A stretch of 64,000 bases of DNA from Candidatus Subterrananammoxibius californiae. GTDB lineage: Bacteria > Planctomycetota > Brocadiia > Brocadiales > Subterrananammoxibiaceae. Within the stretch, counting starts at the first letter, position 1. Every line of letters starts with the position of its first letter. The DNA lies in assembly GCA_030586555.1 (NCBI GenBank), contig JAURAC010000003.1, forward strand, positions 1-64,000, given 5' to 3'. The position numbers and the translations under genes are program-made. Shown one piece after another: positions 9,938 to 19,099 of this stretch. The notes beneath the pieces were generated by a model. That model was not told where the DNA came from, did no database searches, and worked only from the letters and a program-made list of their open reading frames with translations.

Positions 9938-10684
9938 ATGAGAACACTTGTTGCATTGCCAGTATATAATCAAGAAAAGAATATCAAGGATATTGTTTCA
10001 AGAGTAAAATCATTTGCCTCCGATGTCCTTGTCTTAAATGATGGTTCAACAGATGGGAGTCTGAAATTGTCTTCTACAATTGACGGCGTTCAGATTCTTT
10101 CATACCACAGAAACAGGGGTTACGGTCGGACAATTATTGACGCCTTTCGTTATGCTGTGAAGGAAGGTTACGAACACCTGATTACGCTTGATTCCGATGG
10201 ACAGCACGCGCCGGAAGAAATACCATTATTTCTTGAAAGGATTTTATACTGCGACATTGCATCTGGTTCAAGATTCCAGCTGCCATTTAGTGTGGGCAAG
10301 GACGTTCCAGCCGAGAGATATGCTATAAACATGGAAATAACAAAGATTATCCGCAGGATAACAAAGTACCAATTAACGGACGCCTTTTGCGGTTTTAAGG
10401 CTTACAGGGTTGAAGCGCTTAAAAAGATGAACCTGACAGAACATGGTTATGGCATGCCTCTCCAATTATGGATACAGGCATGGAGACTTGGGCTTCGTAT
10501 CCTTGAAGTTCCCGTCAAACTTATTTACGGTGATACGACCGTACGATTTGCTGGTAGACTTAACGACCCTGCAATAAGGCTTGCCTATTATAAAAAAGTG
10601 ATTGAGAAAGAACTTAAGCGTGGTGTACTAAAAAGAGCCTTAGTGGTAGGGGCAGGTTTAAAACCTGCCCCTACATCTGCATGA
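9938..10684 (+). CDS. Glycosyltransferase family 2 (DPM1-like)
   Basis: PVYNQ, NDGSTDGS, DSDGQH and DAFCGFKAY; C-terminus VGAGLKPAPT is REP-encoded. Confidence 0.9.
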   Translation: MRTLVALPVYNQEKNIKDIVSRVKSFASDVLVLNDGSTDGSLKLSSTIDGVQILSYHRNRGYGRTIIDAFRYAVKEGYEHLITLDSDGQHAPEEIPLFLERILYCDIASGSRFQLPFSVGKDVPAERYAINMEITKIIRRITKYQLTDAFCGFKAYRVEALKKMNLTEHGYGMPLQLWIQAWRLGLRILEVPVKLIYGDTTVRFAGRLNDPAIRLAYYKKVIEKELKRGVLKRALVVGAGLKPAPTSA

Positions 10685-11031
10685 TTAAGACAAAATCCAT
10701 TTATGACGAGAAAGACTCCTCCGATGGTACAAGAATCCTCATAATGAGGAAGTGGCCAAGAGGCATAAAAAAGGATAAAATAGAGGAATGGGAAAAAGCG
10801 TACGCCCCCAGCGAAAAACTTTTAGCCGATTGGAATAATGACAGAATTACCTTTAAGGTGTTCAAAAGCCGCTATCTTAAAGAAATGAAGACGTGCATGG
10901 ATAAAATTAAGGAATTATCAAAAAGGGCAAAAACCGAGACATTAACCTTACTTTGTCATGAAAGAGACGATGAACACTGTCATAGAAAGATACTCAGAGA
11001 ACTCATCGAAAGATACAAAAATGATAAATAG
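10681..11031 (+). CDS. DUF488 family protein
   Basis: DGTRILIMRKWPRGIKK, APSEKL and LLCHE..HCHR. Confidence 0.85.
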   Translation: MIKTKSIYDEKDSSDGTRILIMRKWPRGIKKDKIEEWEKAYAPSEKLLADWNNDRITFKVFKSRYLKEMKTCMDKIKELSKRAKTETLTLLCHERDDEHCHRKILRELIERYKNDK

Positions 11032-11039
11032 CCCAATCC

Positions 11040-11103
11040 TGTCACCCTGAACGCAGTGAAGGGTCTCGTTGTAGAGATTCTTCGGCTACGCCTCAGAATG
11101 ACA
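11040..11103. repeat. REP-like palindrome pair (TGTCA...TGACA type)
   Basis: tgtcaccctgaacgcagtgaagggtctc / gagattcttcggctacgcctcagaatgaca; relatives near 41508, 42672 and 60797. Confidence 0.7.
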
Positions 11104-11120
11104 AATAGTTATACCCCAAA

Positions 11121-11777
11121 ATGATAAATAGCAGTATAAATTTTTCTGAAGCCAGAAAGGCAATGGTGGAGGACCAGCTAAGACTCAGAGACATCACCGA
11201 CGAGCGGGTTCTTGCCGCCATGGAAAAGGTGCCCCGTCATCGTTTCCTGCCAATAGAACTGTGGGATAGGGCTTATGACGATACCCCTTTACCCATTGGC
11301 GATGGTCAAACCGTGTCTCAGCCATATATGGTCGCCTTTATGACTCAAGCCCTGATGCTCAAGGAAAACGATAAGGTGCTTGAGGTGGGCACTGGTTCTG
11401 GCTACCAGGCAGCCGTACTGGCAGAGATTATAGAGCATGTATACACAATCGAGGTCAGACCCAATATTTCACGAAAGGCGAGAAAAATCCTTGATGAGTT
11501 AGGCTATAGCGAAAAAATAACAATGCTTATCGGCGATGGAAGCCGTGGATTAAAGGAAGAAGCCCCTTACGATGGAATCATAGTTACCGCAGCATATACC
11601 ATTATTCCTACACCGATGCTTGACCAACTCGCAGAAGGTGGACGATTAGTTATGCCAGTTGGCGGAATGGAGCATCAGATACTTTACCGCATAATGAGAA
11701 AAGGGACTGAGTTGCAATGTGAGAGATTATTAAGCTGCATATTCGTACCGCTCGTTGTTGGCGCTGATGAGTTGTAG
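11121..11777 (+). CDS. pcm: Protein-L-isoaspartate O-methyltransferase
   Basis: VPRHRF, GQTVSQP, LEVGTGSGYQAA and FVPLV; stop codon supplied by a REP. Confidence 0.95.
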   Translation: MINSSINFSEARKAMVEDQLRLRDITDERVLAAMEKVPRHRFLPIELWDRAYDDTPLPIGDGQTVSQPYMVAFMTQALMLKENDKVLEVGTGSGYQAAVLAEIIEHVYTIEVRPNISRKARKILDELGYSEKITMLIGDGSRGLKEEAPYDGIIVTAAYTIIPTPMLDQLAEGGRLVMPVGGMEHQILYRIMRKGTELQCERLLSCIFVPLVVGADEL

Positions 11778-11974
11778 GGGCGGGTTTCAAACCCTCCCCT
11801 ACTATCAACGGTCGGCCATCAATTAAGTATGGTGTCCCCAGATTATGGCAAATTATTTCCATTGATTTAAAGTAATTAAGGTAGTTACAATCTCAGAAAA
11901 AGTCAAGAAATATTGTGATATATAGAACTTATCCTGTTTTTATAATTAAAGAATTATATAGAAGGGTGTTAAAT

Positions 11975-12175
11975 ATGTCAAAAGTAGAAGAGATCAAGTC
12001 TGCAATCGAATCACTTTCAGAAGAAGAATATGTCCGCCTGAGACGGTGGTTTTGTGAGAAGGATTGGGAAAAATGGGAGCGAGCAATTCAAGAGGACTCT
12101 AATTCTGGAAAGATCGACTTTTTGATACAGGAAGCGTTGAAAGAAAAAAAGAGCGGTAAGCTGGAAAAATTCTAA
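11975..12175 (+). CDS. Putative antitoxin of a ParE/RelE-like TA pair
   Basis: MSKVEEIKSAIESLS...WERAIQEDSNSGKIDFL; abuts the toxin gene. Confidence 0.7.
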   Translation: MSKVEEIKSAIESLSEEEYVRLRRWFCEKDWEKWERAIQEDSNSGKIDFLIQEALKEKKSGKLEKF

Positions 12176-12425
12176 ATGTACCGAACGAGCAAACGTTTTC
12201 GTAAGTGCTTCGACAAACTTCCTGGTATTATCCAAAGAAAAATTTGACATTTTAAAGAATGACCCCCTGCATCCCTCTTTGCATTTCAAGAATGTTGGAA
12301 AATTCTGGTCAGTAAGGATTGGATTTAACCATAGGGCACTTGCAATTAAAGATGGAGAAGATTTTGTATGGGTTTGGATTGGAACCCATGATGAATATGA
12401 AAGGATGATTAAAGATGAAGCCTGA
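12176..12425 (+). pseudogene. ParE/RelE-fold toxin, frameshifted
   Basis: MYRTSKRFRKCFDKLPGIIQRKI* then, in a shifted frame, KFDILKNDPLHPSLHFK...WVWIGTHDEYERMIKDEA*; 250 nt in total. Confidence 0.8.
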
Positions 12426-12639
12426 CAAGGTGCTTCAGAAGATAGTATTGCAGATTGGGTTAAGCGAAGTAAAACCCAACAACTTAATATGGCATGACAA
12501 GGAAACAATGCAATATCGCAGCTCACAAGCGAAAGATGCGGCTTTCTTCTTTACAGTCTCTTCACGAAGCTACGAGTTCGAAGCATAGAGTTCGTTGGAA
12601 ATTGGGATTTGGATTTTAGTTGGAATTTGGAGTTTCTAA

Positions 12640-13152
12640 TTAAGTATGGTGTCCCCAGAATTTTGGAAGTTTTGCATGGTCGCTGTATACGCTGTGTTCA
12701 ATACTACCGATTGCCGTGATTGCCTCGGTTTCTGGTTCGTAGAATATTTTATTATAATACTCTTCCAGTAATTTCCAAATAACGTTATCTTGCTTATGGA
12801 GTAAAACATCTAAATATTTATGTGTATCATTATCTGAACAGTCATGATAACAAGCTTCCCCATTTAAGAAATCACAATTCTTGCAAGGAGTTTGCCATTT
12901 TAAAAGGGGCTTGTAACTATGGTAACCGATATCAACCTCGCCATCACGAAACATATTATGTTTTCGTTTTATATTTTTACGCAGATAAACTCCAGTATTA
13001 AAAATAAAATTAACGACCCCTTTCCCCCCTTTCAATAACATACATATACATACATGCAAATCATCAATGTCAAAAACTTTGTGTGCATTTGGATTTCTCA
13101 CATCGTAAGCTGGATAAAACTTAATGATCTTCTCAAGCGTTTCCTTTTCCAT
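12640..13152 (-). CDS. Hypothetical protein
   Basis: ORF with AGGAGG upstream of ATG 13152; Cys/His cluster; final FWGHHT encoded by a repeat. Confidence 0.6.
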   Translation of the reverse strand: MEKETLEKIIKFYPAYDVRNPNAHKVFDIDDLHVCICMLLKGGKGVVNFIFNTGVYLRKNIKRKHNMFRDGEVDIGYHSYKPLLKWQTPCKNCDFLNGEACYHDCSDNDTHKYLDVLLHKQDNVIWKLLEEYYNKIFYEPETEAITAIGSIEHSVYSDHAKLPKFWGHHT

Positions 13153-13358
13153 TCTACCCTGCCTCCTTTTTTCGGTATTCGAAATACGCAACTGTTCGAT
13201 TAAATGTTACCAGCTACTACAAATTATACCAGAAAATTGTGAAATTTCAACTATAAGTTTGGGGGGGGGTCTTGGGACCATGTGGTCGCATGACTTTGTC
13301 TCTCATTGTTGCCTTAACTGATTTTGTCAAATCAAAAGATTTGACCCATTCTACCCTT

Positions 13359-13784
13359 TTATGCCAGATTCTTTACCCTTTCTTCTGAACCGCAGATGTT
13401 GGTGATTTTTATCCCAAAATTTTCTTCAACAACGACAACCTCTCCCTGGGCAAGTAGTTTACCGCGAACGAGGAGGTCTACAGGGCTTCCGGCTAATCTG
13501 TCTAATTCAACAACGGAACCATACGCCAGGCTAAGTATATCCTTAACGAACATACTGGCGCGTCCCAACTCAACAGAGACCGGCACCGAGACGTCAAGTA
13601 TCAAATCCAGGTTACGATTCCCCCTGCCACCCTGTGGATTTTGGGTCAGTTGAGGGAATTGAACGGCTTTAATTTGCGTATCAATATTCTCATCACCTGC
13701 GTCTTGCACAGCATCAGACATGGCTTGCTCCGCCTGAGGCGGATTAATAACAGATTTAGTTTCGTCCATGGCATTATTCTCCAA
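13359..13784 (-). CDS. fliN: Flagellar motor switch protein FliN
   Basis: LDLILDVSVPVSVELG...GEVVVVEENFGIKIT. Confidence 0.95.
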   Translation of the reverse strand: MENNAMDETKSVINPPQAEQAMSDAVQDAGDENIDTQIKAVQFPQLTQNPQGGRGNRNLDLILDVSVPVSVELGRASMFVKDILSLAYGSVVELDRLAGSPVDLLVRGKLLAQGEVVVVEENFGIKITNICGSEERVKNLA

Positions 13785-13860
13785 TCCTTTCTTATCATTC
13801 TAAGCGAAAATTCCCGTTTCGAAGCATACACGGACAAACGAGTTTGTCCATGCCACCCAA

Positions 13861-14877
13861 TTAGCAAACAATTCCGACTGCCTTTTTCTTTCCAAAAAGG
13901 CCTGGTCTTCCATAAAGTTTGGTTTTCCCATCAATTTTAAGCTCTATCTCGTCGAAAACCTTGTTATCCAGTACCACCACACTTCCTGGTTTCAAATCTA
14001 ATAAGTCATGTATAGAAACCTCCGCATTGCCTAAAATAGCAGTTATTTCCAGTCCCACTTTCTCTATTGTGCTTTTAATTAGAGCAACCTCTTCCTGTCT
14101 CGGAATCTTTCCAGCTTCGACGCCCATCACCACCGGTTTCAGGGCTTGAAAAGGAAGACAAAGTGTTATGCCCCCAAAGCCAAGGTCGCCACTGGATGCA
14201 AACTTAATTGATAGGACAATCTCCGAAGGTTGTACTATCTGTACAGCCTTAGGCTCAAATTCCTTCCTTTGAACCTTCCAGTCAATTGCAAAGACGTCTT
14301 TCCATGCCAGTTTTATATCGTTCAGCATGTTAGTTATAACTACGTCAATTATGGCAGTTTCTACGTTTGTTAGTGGTCTGACCTTGTGTAGAATGCCTCC
14401 GGGACCTCCGAGCCCTTTATCAACGATTGCGAAACACAGGTTTAAATCCAGTATAAGACATCCCGTCCCTGTCATTGGTTGGAGGTTTAACACGTTAACG
14501 TACCCGATGTCTGCACAGGAATCAACGAAAACGTCGTAAGTCAATTCCTCAATCGAAATCAAATGGATGTCAATGGATGAACGAAGGTATTTGGACAGTG
14601 AATGACCTATAATCTTGGAGGCATTTTCATGTATCTTCTGAAGCTTGCGCCTTTCTTCTTTTGGAAAACGTTCGGGGCGCCTGAAGTCGTAATGCTGTAA
14701 CTTCCAATGTTGCTTAGGACCTTTTGTCTGCCCTAAAAGCACCTGCCCTTCATGAATAGCCAGAAGCAGCGCATCCACCTCTTCATTTGTCAGGATTGCG
14801 CCACCCATCACATTTCGATGTCCGCCTGAGGCGGATGGATTTTGCTGATTAATTTCTTCTTTGCTATTTGTTTGCAT
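13861..14877 (-). CDS. fliM: Flagellar motor switch protein FliM
   Basis: LTNEEVDALL, YDFRRPERF, GLGG, C-terminal SpoA domain. Confidence 0.93.
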   Translation of the reverse strand: MQTNSKEEINQQNPSASGGHRNVMGGAILTNEEVDALLLAIHEGQVLLGQTKGPKQHWKLQHYDFRRPERFPKEERRKLQKIHENASKIIGHSLSKYLRSSIDIHLISIEELTYDVFVDSCADIGYVNVLNLQPMTGTGCLILDLNLCFAIVDKGLGGPGGILHKVRPLTNVETAIIDVVITNMLNDIKLAWKDVFAIDWKVQRKEFEPKAVQIVQPSEIVLSIKFASSGDLGFGGITLCLPFQALKPVVMGVEAGKIPRQEEVALIKSTIEKVGLEITAILGNAEVSIHDLLDLKPGSVVVLDNKVFDEIELKIDGKTKLYGRPGLFGKKKAVGIVC

Positions 14878-14882
14878 TGCAG

Positions 14883-15536
14883 TTATTGTATAACAAATTC
14901 CGTAAAGTAAATCTGTTTTATGCCATCAGAACCTTCTAAATGCAAGAGAATGTTAAATTCGTCTCTTATTTCACGTCTGATTACATTCTGATTCTCCCAG
15001 CCATCCAATTCATCAATGGTTTTTGAAGAAAGGAGGGATATGAGGTGGTCTCGAAGTTGAATCATCCTTGCCCTTACTTTTCCATCTGCCTCAGCACTTG
15101 TCACCTCAAGATTTATTCTTGTCTTAAGAAACCTTCTTCCATTTGTACCACTGATGTTCGTAATAATGCTTTCAAATGATACTATTAAAGGCTCGCTACT
15201 TGCCACTGTAGCCCCAGCATCAGGTTGTGAGCCAGTGTCTGTGGTATCATTTTTTGATGGCTGGGTTTTTGCATTTTCATCTGTTTCAGACTGTTTTGAT
15301 ATATCAGGTGGTTGTGTGGTTGACTGTTCCGCCGCCTCGAGCTGATCTTCTGGACTACGATTACCACGAAATACAACAATAAAAGCCCCCCCTACCGCAA
15401 GCCAGGCAATGATTGCAAACATTATGAGCCTTTTGAGGTCAATACTATTACCAATACATGGTGATGGCTGTACCTTTTCCTTTTCTTCTTCTAAGGGTTC
15501 ATTTACCCTTTGTTCAATCTCTTTTTCCTTAGCCAT
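14883..15536 (-). CDS. fliL: Flagellar basal body protein FliL
   Basis: Single TM, NISG..RRFLK, IYFTEFVIQ. Confidence 0.92.
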   Translation of the reverse strand: MAKEKEIEQRVNEPLEEEKEKVQPSPCIGNSIDLKRLIMFAIIAWLAVGGAFIVVFRGNRSPEDQLEAAEQSTTQPPDISKQSETDENAKTQPSKNDTTDTGSQPDAGATVASSEPLIVSFESIITNISGTNGRRFLKTRINLEVTSAEADGKVRARMIQLRDHLISLLSSKTIDELDGWENQNVIRREIRDEFNILLHLEGSDGIKQIYFTEFVIQ

Positions 15537-15596
15537 ATCAACTACTCCTTTTTCTACCCCTTGCAGATGGCAAATGCATCTCCCTTCTGCCAGGAC

Positions 15597-16304
15597 TTAC
15601 GTATCATTGGAAACGACAATATTGACCCTGTTATTCCCCCCTCTCCGTTCTGGCGTATCAATCTCACCGATGGGACGAAAACTTCCATACCCAACTACTG
15701 ACATCCTGTTAAAGGATATTTTGCCATTTTCATGTAAATACCGCGCCACAGATGCGGCATAGGCTGCCGAAAGCTCCCAGCTCGAAGGATACCTTGCTGA
15801 CGGGACGAATGAGCTATCTACATAACCTTCAATGATAATCTTGCATGACCTGTTCCTCACCAGTTTTATAAGCTTATTCAGAAAATCCTCATTTGTTAGA
15901 GAAAGCTCGGCTTTGTTTGGTTCGAAGACAATCGGCGTTGGAATAACCACTTTTGAACCCGAACGGAGATAATCTATCTTTAATTCCTTTTCAATCATGG
16001 TGCACAATGCGCCGTCGTCTCTTGGTTCTTCCCTAACCGTGGGGAACTCATTTTCTATCCCTATCCTTTCAATACTTACAACCCCTTTCTTCCATGGCAG
16101 TATACGACTCAAACCGTGCGAATCCAGGCGGTCAATGAAAGAACGCTGAGCAGCCTTCAGGAGTTCTGTCTTTTTCTCTTGCGCCATGGAGCTTAACACT
16201 ATAAAAAATGCCAGCAGTATCGTCATAATGCCACAGAAGGAGAGCATATCCATCGTTGGACATTTTTCTGAAACAAATATTTTCCTCTTTTTCCTCATCT
16301 GCAC
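15597..16304 (-). CDS. motB: MotB paralog lacking the conserved TM Asp
   Basis: TM SFCGIMTILLAFFIVL; OmpA-like domain with SWELS and GYGSFRP. Confidence 0.85.
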   Translation of the reverse strand: MQMRKKRKIFVSEKCPTMDMLSFCGIMTILLAFFIVLSSMAQEKKTELLKAAQRSFIDRLDSHGLSRILPWKKGVVSIERIGIENEFPTVREEPRDDGALCTMIEKELKIDYLRSGSKVVIPTPIVFEPNKAELSLTNEDFLNKLIKLVRNRSCKIIIEGYVDSSFVPSARYPSSWELSAAYAASVARYLHENGKISFNRMSVVGYGSFRPIGEIDTPERRGGNNRVNIVVSNDT

Positions 16305-16310
16305 AAAAAG

Positions 16311-17033
16311 TTAATTATTTTTCTCTACATTGAGAATCGTTATCTCAATTCTGTCATCACGAACACTACTTGGTCCTTGCACATCCGAAGGCAAAGGACG
16401 ATAACTGCCGTAACCAGCAACCCCAAGCCTCTCAGGGGCTATACCTTTATCTAAAAAATACTGGCCTGTGCTTACGGCTCTGGCTATGGACAAGTCCATA
16501 CTCGATGGAAACGCATCTGTAGAGGTAAAAGTCTTACCAATATGTCCTTCGATTGATAAATTGTTAGGAAACAACTTTAACAGTTCAACTATTTTATCCA
16601 GTATGGAAAGATGTTCTTCTTTTAGCTGTGACTTCCCTTCGTCAAAGAAGGCGCCAGAATCAATCTTGATAACAAAGCCCTGCTTGGTCTTTTTCATCTC
16701 TAAGAATTGAGCAAATTTACTTTGAGTCAGGTATTCAACTACTTCCTCGTAAACCTTGTCCATTGGATTAAGGAGGGGAGGGGTTTCCTCTCCATCCATT
16801 ACCGTAGTAACCGCTTGTGGATTTACCATTTCCAGAACCCCATCGTTTTCCAATATCTTTTCCTTTACCGATGAGCCAAATGTGTTTTCAATGGAATCGA
16901 GAGCCGCCCTGAATTTTGCGGCGTTCAAGGCAGTAAAACTCAACATAAGGACAAAAAAAGTCATCAAAAGCGTTATAAGGTCGCCAAATGTATTTAACCA
17001 GAAGTTGGTGTCAACATTGCTTTCTTCGCTCAT
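16311..17033 (-). CDS. motB: Flagellar stator protein MotB
   Basis: WLNTFGDLITLLMTFFV; OmpA-like domain with LSIARA and GYGSYRP. Confidence 0.92.
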   Translation of the reverse strand: MSEESNVDTNFWLNTFGDLITLLMTFFVLMLSFTALNAAKFRAALDSIENTFGSSVKEKILENDGVLEMVNPQAVTTVMDGEETPPLLNPMDKVYEEVVEYLTQSKFAQFLEMKKTKQGFVIKIDSGAFFDEGKSQLKEEHLSILDKIVELLKLFPNNLSIEGHIGKTFTSTDAFPSSMDLSIARAVSTGQYFLDKGIAPERLGVAGYGSYRPLPSDVQGPSSVRDDRIEITILNVEKNN

Positions 17034-17803
17034 TTCTTCTCATCCTTAAGAACCCTTGCCTTTGGCGAGAGGAATGCTACCAGTTTCTCCTGAATTATGG
17101 TTGGGTTGTCACCTCCCTGAATGGCAATGACGCCTTCCGTCATCATTTTCTTTAATAGCATCTCTTCCTGACTTCTTCCATCCAGTTTGCCTGCGAATGG
17201 GAGACAAATGAGGTTGGCACATACAACCCCGTAAAAGGTTGTAATGAGCGCCACCGCCATACCAGCACCAATCTGCGATGGGTCCTCTAAGTTCCTGAGC
17301 ATCTGAATCAAGCCGATGAGTGTGCCAATCATACCAAAGGCTGGGAAGACTGCACCCATAGATTCAAGGACGCTTTTACCAGTAAGATGTCTTTGCCGGA
17401 GGTAATCTATTTCAGTATCCAATATGTCACGAAGGGCATCGGCTCCAGTGCCGTCTATTAAAAGTTGTACCGCCTTATTAAGGAATGGGTCTTTAAGATT
17501 AGTAATCTTTTGTTCTAAGGCTAATAGGCCTTCCCTTCTGGCAACCTTCGAGTACCCGACCATCCTCTGAATTTCTTCCTGGGGTAATGGTAGTTTGAAT
17601 AAAAGCGTCTTTTTTACGATGCCAATAAGACCAAACATCGTCTTGAGTGGGTAACGAACGAGGGTTGCAGCGATTGACCCCCCAATCGTAATCATCACCG
17701 AAGGCATATCAATAAATATGCCTACTCCAGTGCCACCCAAAAAGATTCCCACCAAAATAAAGGCACCTCCGAGAGCAATACCGCCTAAGGTTGCTAAATC
17801 CAT
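17030..17803 (-). CDS. motA: Flagellar stator protein MotA/PomA
   Basis: ARREGLLALE, PAFGMIGTLIGL and ALITTFYG. Confidence 0.95.
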   Translation of the reverse strand: MDLATLGGIALGGAFILVGIFLGGTGVGIFIDMPSVMITIGGSIAATLVRYPLKTMFGLIGIVKKTLLFKLPLPQEEIQRMVGYSKVARREGLLALEQKITNLKDPFLNKAVQLLIDGTGADALRDILDTEIDYLRQRHLTGKSVLESMGAVFPAFGMIGTLIGLIQMLRNLEDPSQIGAGMAVALITTFYGVVCANLICLPFAGKLDGRSQEEMLLKKMMTEGVIAIQGGDNPTIIQEKLVAFLSPKARVLKDEKK

Positions 17804-17915
17804 TTTGCTACCTCCACATACTTAGTTCATAGTTCTTAGCTCATAGTCCTGTCGTGCCTTAGGCAGATCCGCCTCTGGCGGACATGTACTATGAGCCATG
17901 AGCTATGAGCTATTT

Positions 17916-18593
17916 TTACCTGCTTACTACCCTAATCTTTTCACTGAGTTTTACTGCCCTGTCTGGTTCTATTGCTTGCAGTATTTTTGACGAGTCCCTG
18001 CCATCCATTGTTGAAAGAAGCTTTACCGCCGTATCGTCGTCCATTTCTTTAATAATAGCAGCAGCCTTATCCGGCTTCATTCCTCCATAAACCTCAGCAA
18101 GTTTTTTTAAATTTTTTGTCTCTGACTGCTCGAAGTTGATAACCTCTTTTTCCAGTTCAACCTTCTTTTCGCTTGCAGACTTTATGATTTCGGTAATTTC
18201 GTGTTTTAAAGATATAAGTTCTTTCTTCTCGGCATCGAGATTAGCTTCCATTGATTGAAGCACCTTTTCCTTCCAGGTTAGTAGCTCTTTTTTCTTTTCG
18301 TACTCCCTCCTATGCACTTCTATCTCTGCAATAAACTTTGCCATGTCTGAGTTAGAGAATGGCTTAAGTATAGAAGTCGCAGGAATCTGAGGTAAGGCGC
18401 TGCTTGATGCGCCGTTGCCTTTTTGCTCCTCAGCGCTCGTCTCAGAGGTCTCACCCTGCACAACCACCTTAGGAGGAGGTTCTTTTATAAGAAGCGACCT
18501 AAGTACAAGCATCATTCCCGTTGACCCACAAAAGACAAGAAATCCAAACATCGGCATTACCATCATCTTCTTATTAATTTTAAGCGAAAACAT
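17916..18593 (-). CDS. MotE/FlbB-like protein (coiled coil plus MgtE_N-like domain)
   Basis: LAEVYGGMKPDKAAAII; position after fliJ. Confidence 0.8.
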   Translation of the reverse strand: MFSLKINKKMMVMPMFGFLVFCGSTGMMLVLRSLLIKEPPPKVVVQGETSETSAEEQKGNGASSSALPQIPATSILKPFSNSDMAKFIAEIEVHRREYEKKKELLTWKEKVLQSMEANLDAEKKELISLKHEITEIIKSASEKKVELEKEVINFEQSETKNLKKLAEVYGGMKPDKAAAIIKEMDDDTAVKLLSTMDGRDSSKILQAIEPDRAVKLSEKIRVVSR

Positions 18594-18631
18594 CTTTAGT
18601 TACCTCCCAAAAAGTTTAAGAGTTCAAAAGT

Positions 18632-19099
18632 TCAAGGGTTTAAGGAAACTCTTGCACTCTTAAACCTTTGAACCCTTGTTATGGCAAGTTCGTCTAATTG
18701 TTTATTCTCGTATTGCTGGAAAAGATACTCATGTTCTTTTTTCTTTCTTTCCCTTAGCTTTTCGAGCATCTTTCTTCTTTTAGATATTTTTATTAGCTTC
18801 TGACGCACAGCATCCGCCTCCGCCTCACACTCCTTAACCTTAACTTGCTGGGACGTTATTTGGTTGCTCAATGTAAAAATATAAGCCTCGTATAGTTTCA
18901 ATTCTTCAGGGCTAATCTGCCCGATCTGTTTCCTTGCAAGTTCTTCCTGCTGTTCAAGGTACATTGTCCGTAGATTTGACAGTATTTCTTCCTCTTTCTG
19001 GAGATTGTAAAGCAACGTCCTTAATTCTTGTTTTACGGCATCTTCCTTATGTCGTTCAATGTTAAGGAGCGTCTGAAACTTAAACTGAAATCTCTTCAC
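18632..19099 (-). CDS. fliJ: Flagellar export protein FliJ
   Basis: RFQFKFQTLL...LEKLRE..ENKQLDE; GTG start overlaps the fliI stop. Confidence 0.9.
   Translation of the reverse strand: MKRFQFKFQTLLNIERHKEDAVKQELRTLLYNLQKEEEILSNLRTMYLEQQEELARKQIGQISPEELKLYEAYIFTLSNQITSQQVKVKECEAEADAVRQKLIKISKRRKMLEKLRERKKKEHEYLFQQYENKQLDELAITRVQRFKSARVSLNP

Noticed and set aside
12420..12600. Possible degenerate attC after the ParE-like toxin (GCCTGACAAGGTGCTTCAG)
   Set aside because: Resembles the left arm of the 52013 site, but AAC is mutated and no convincing complementary arm was found.
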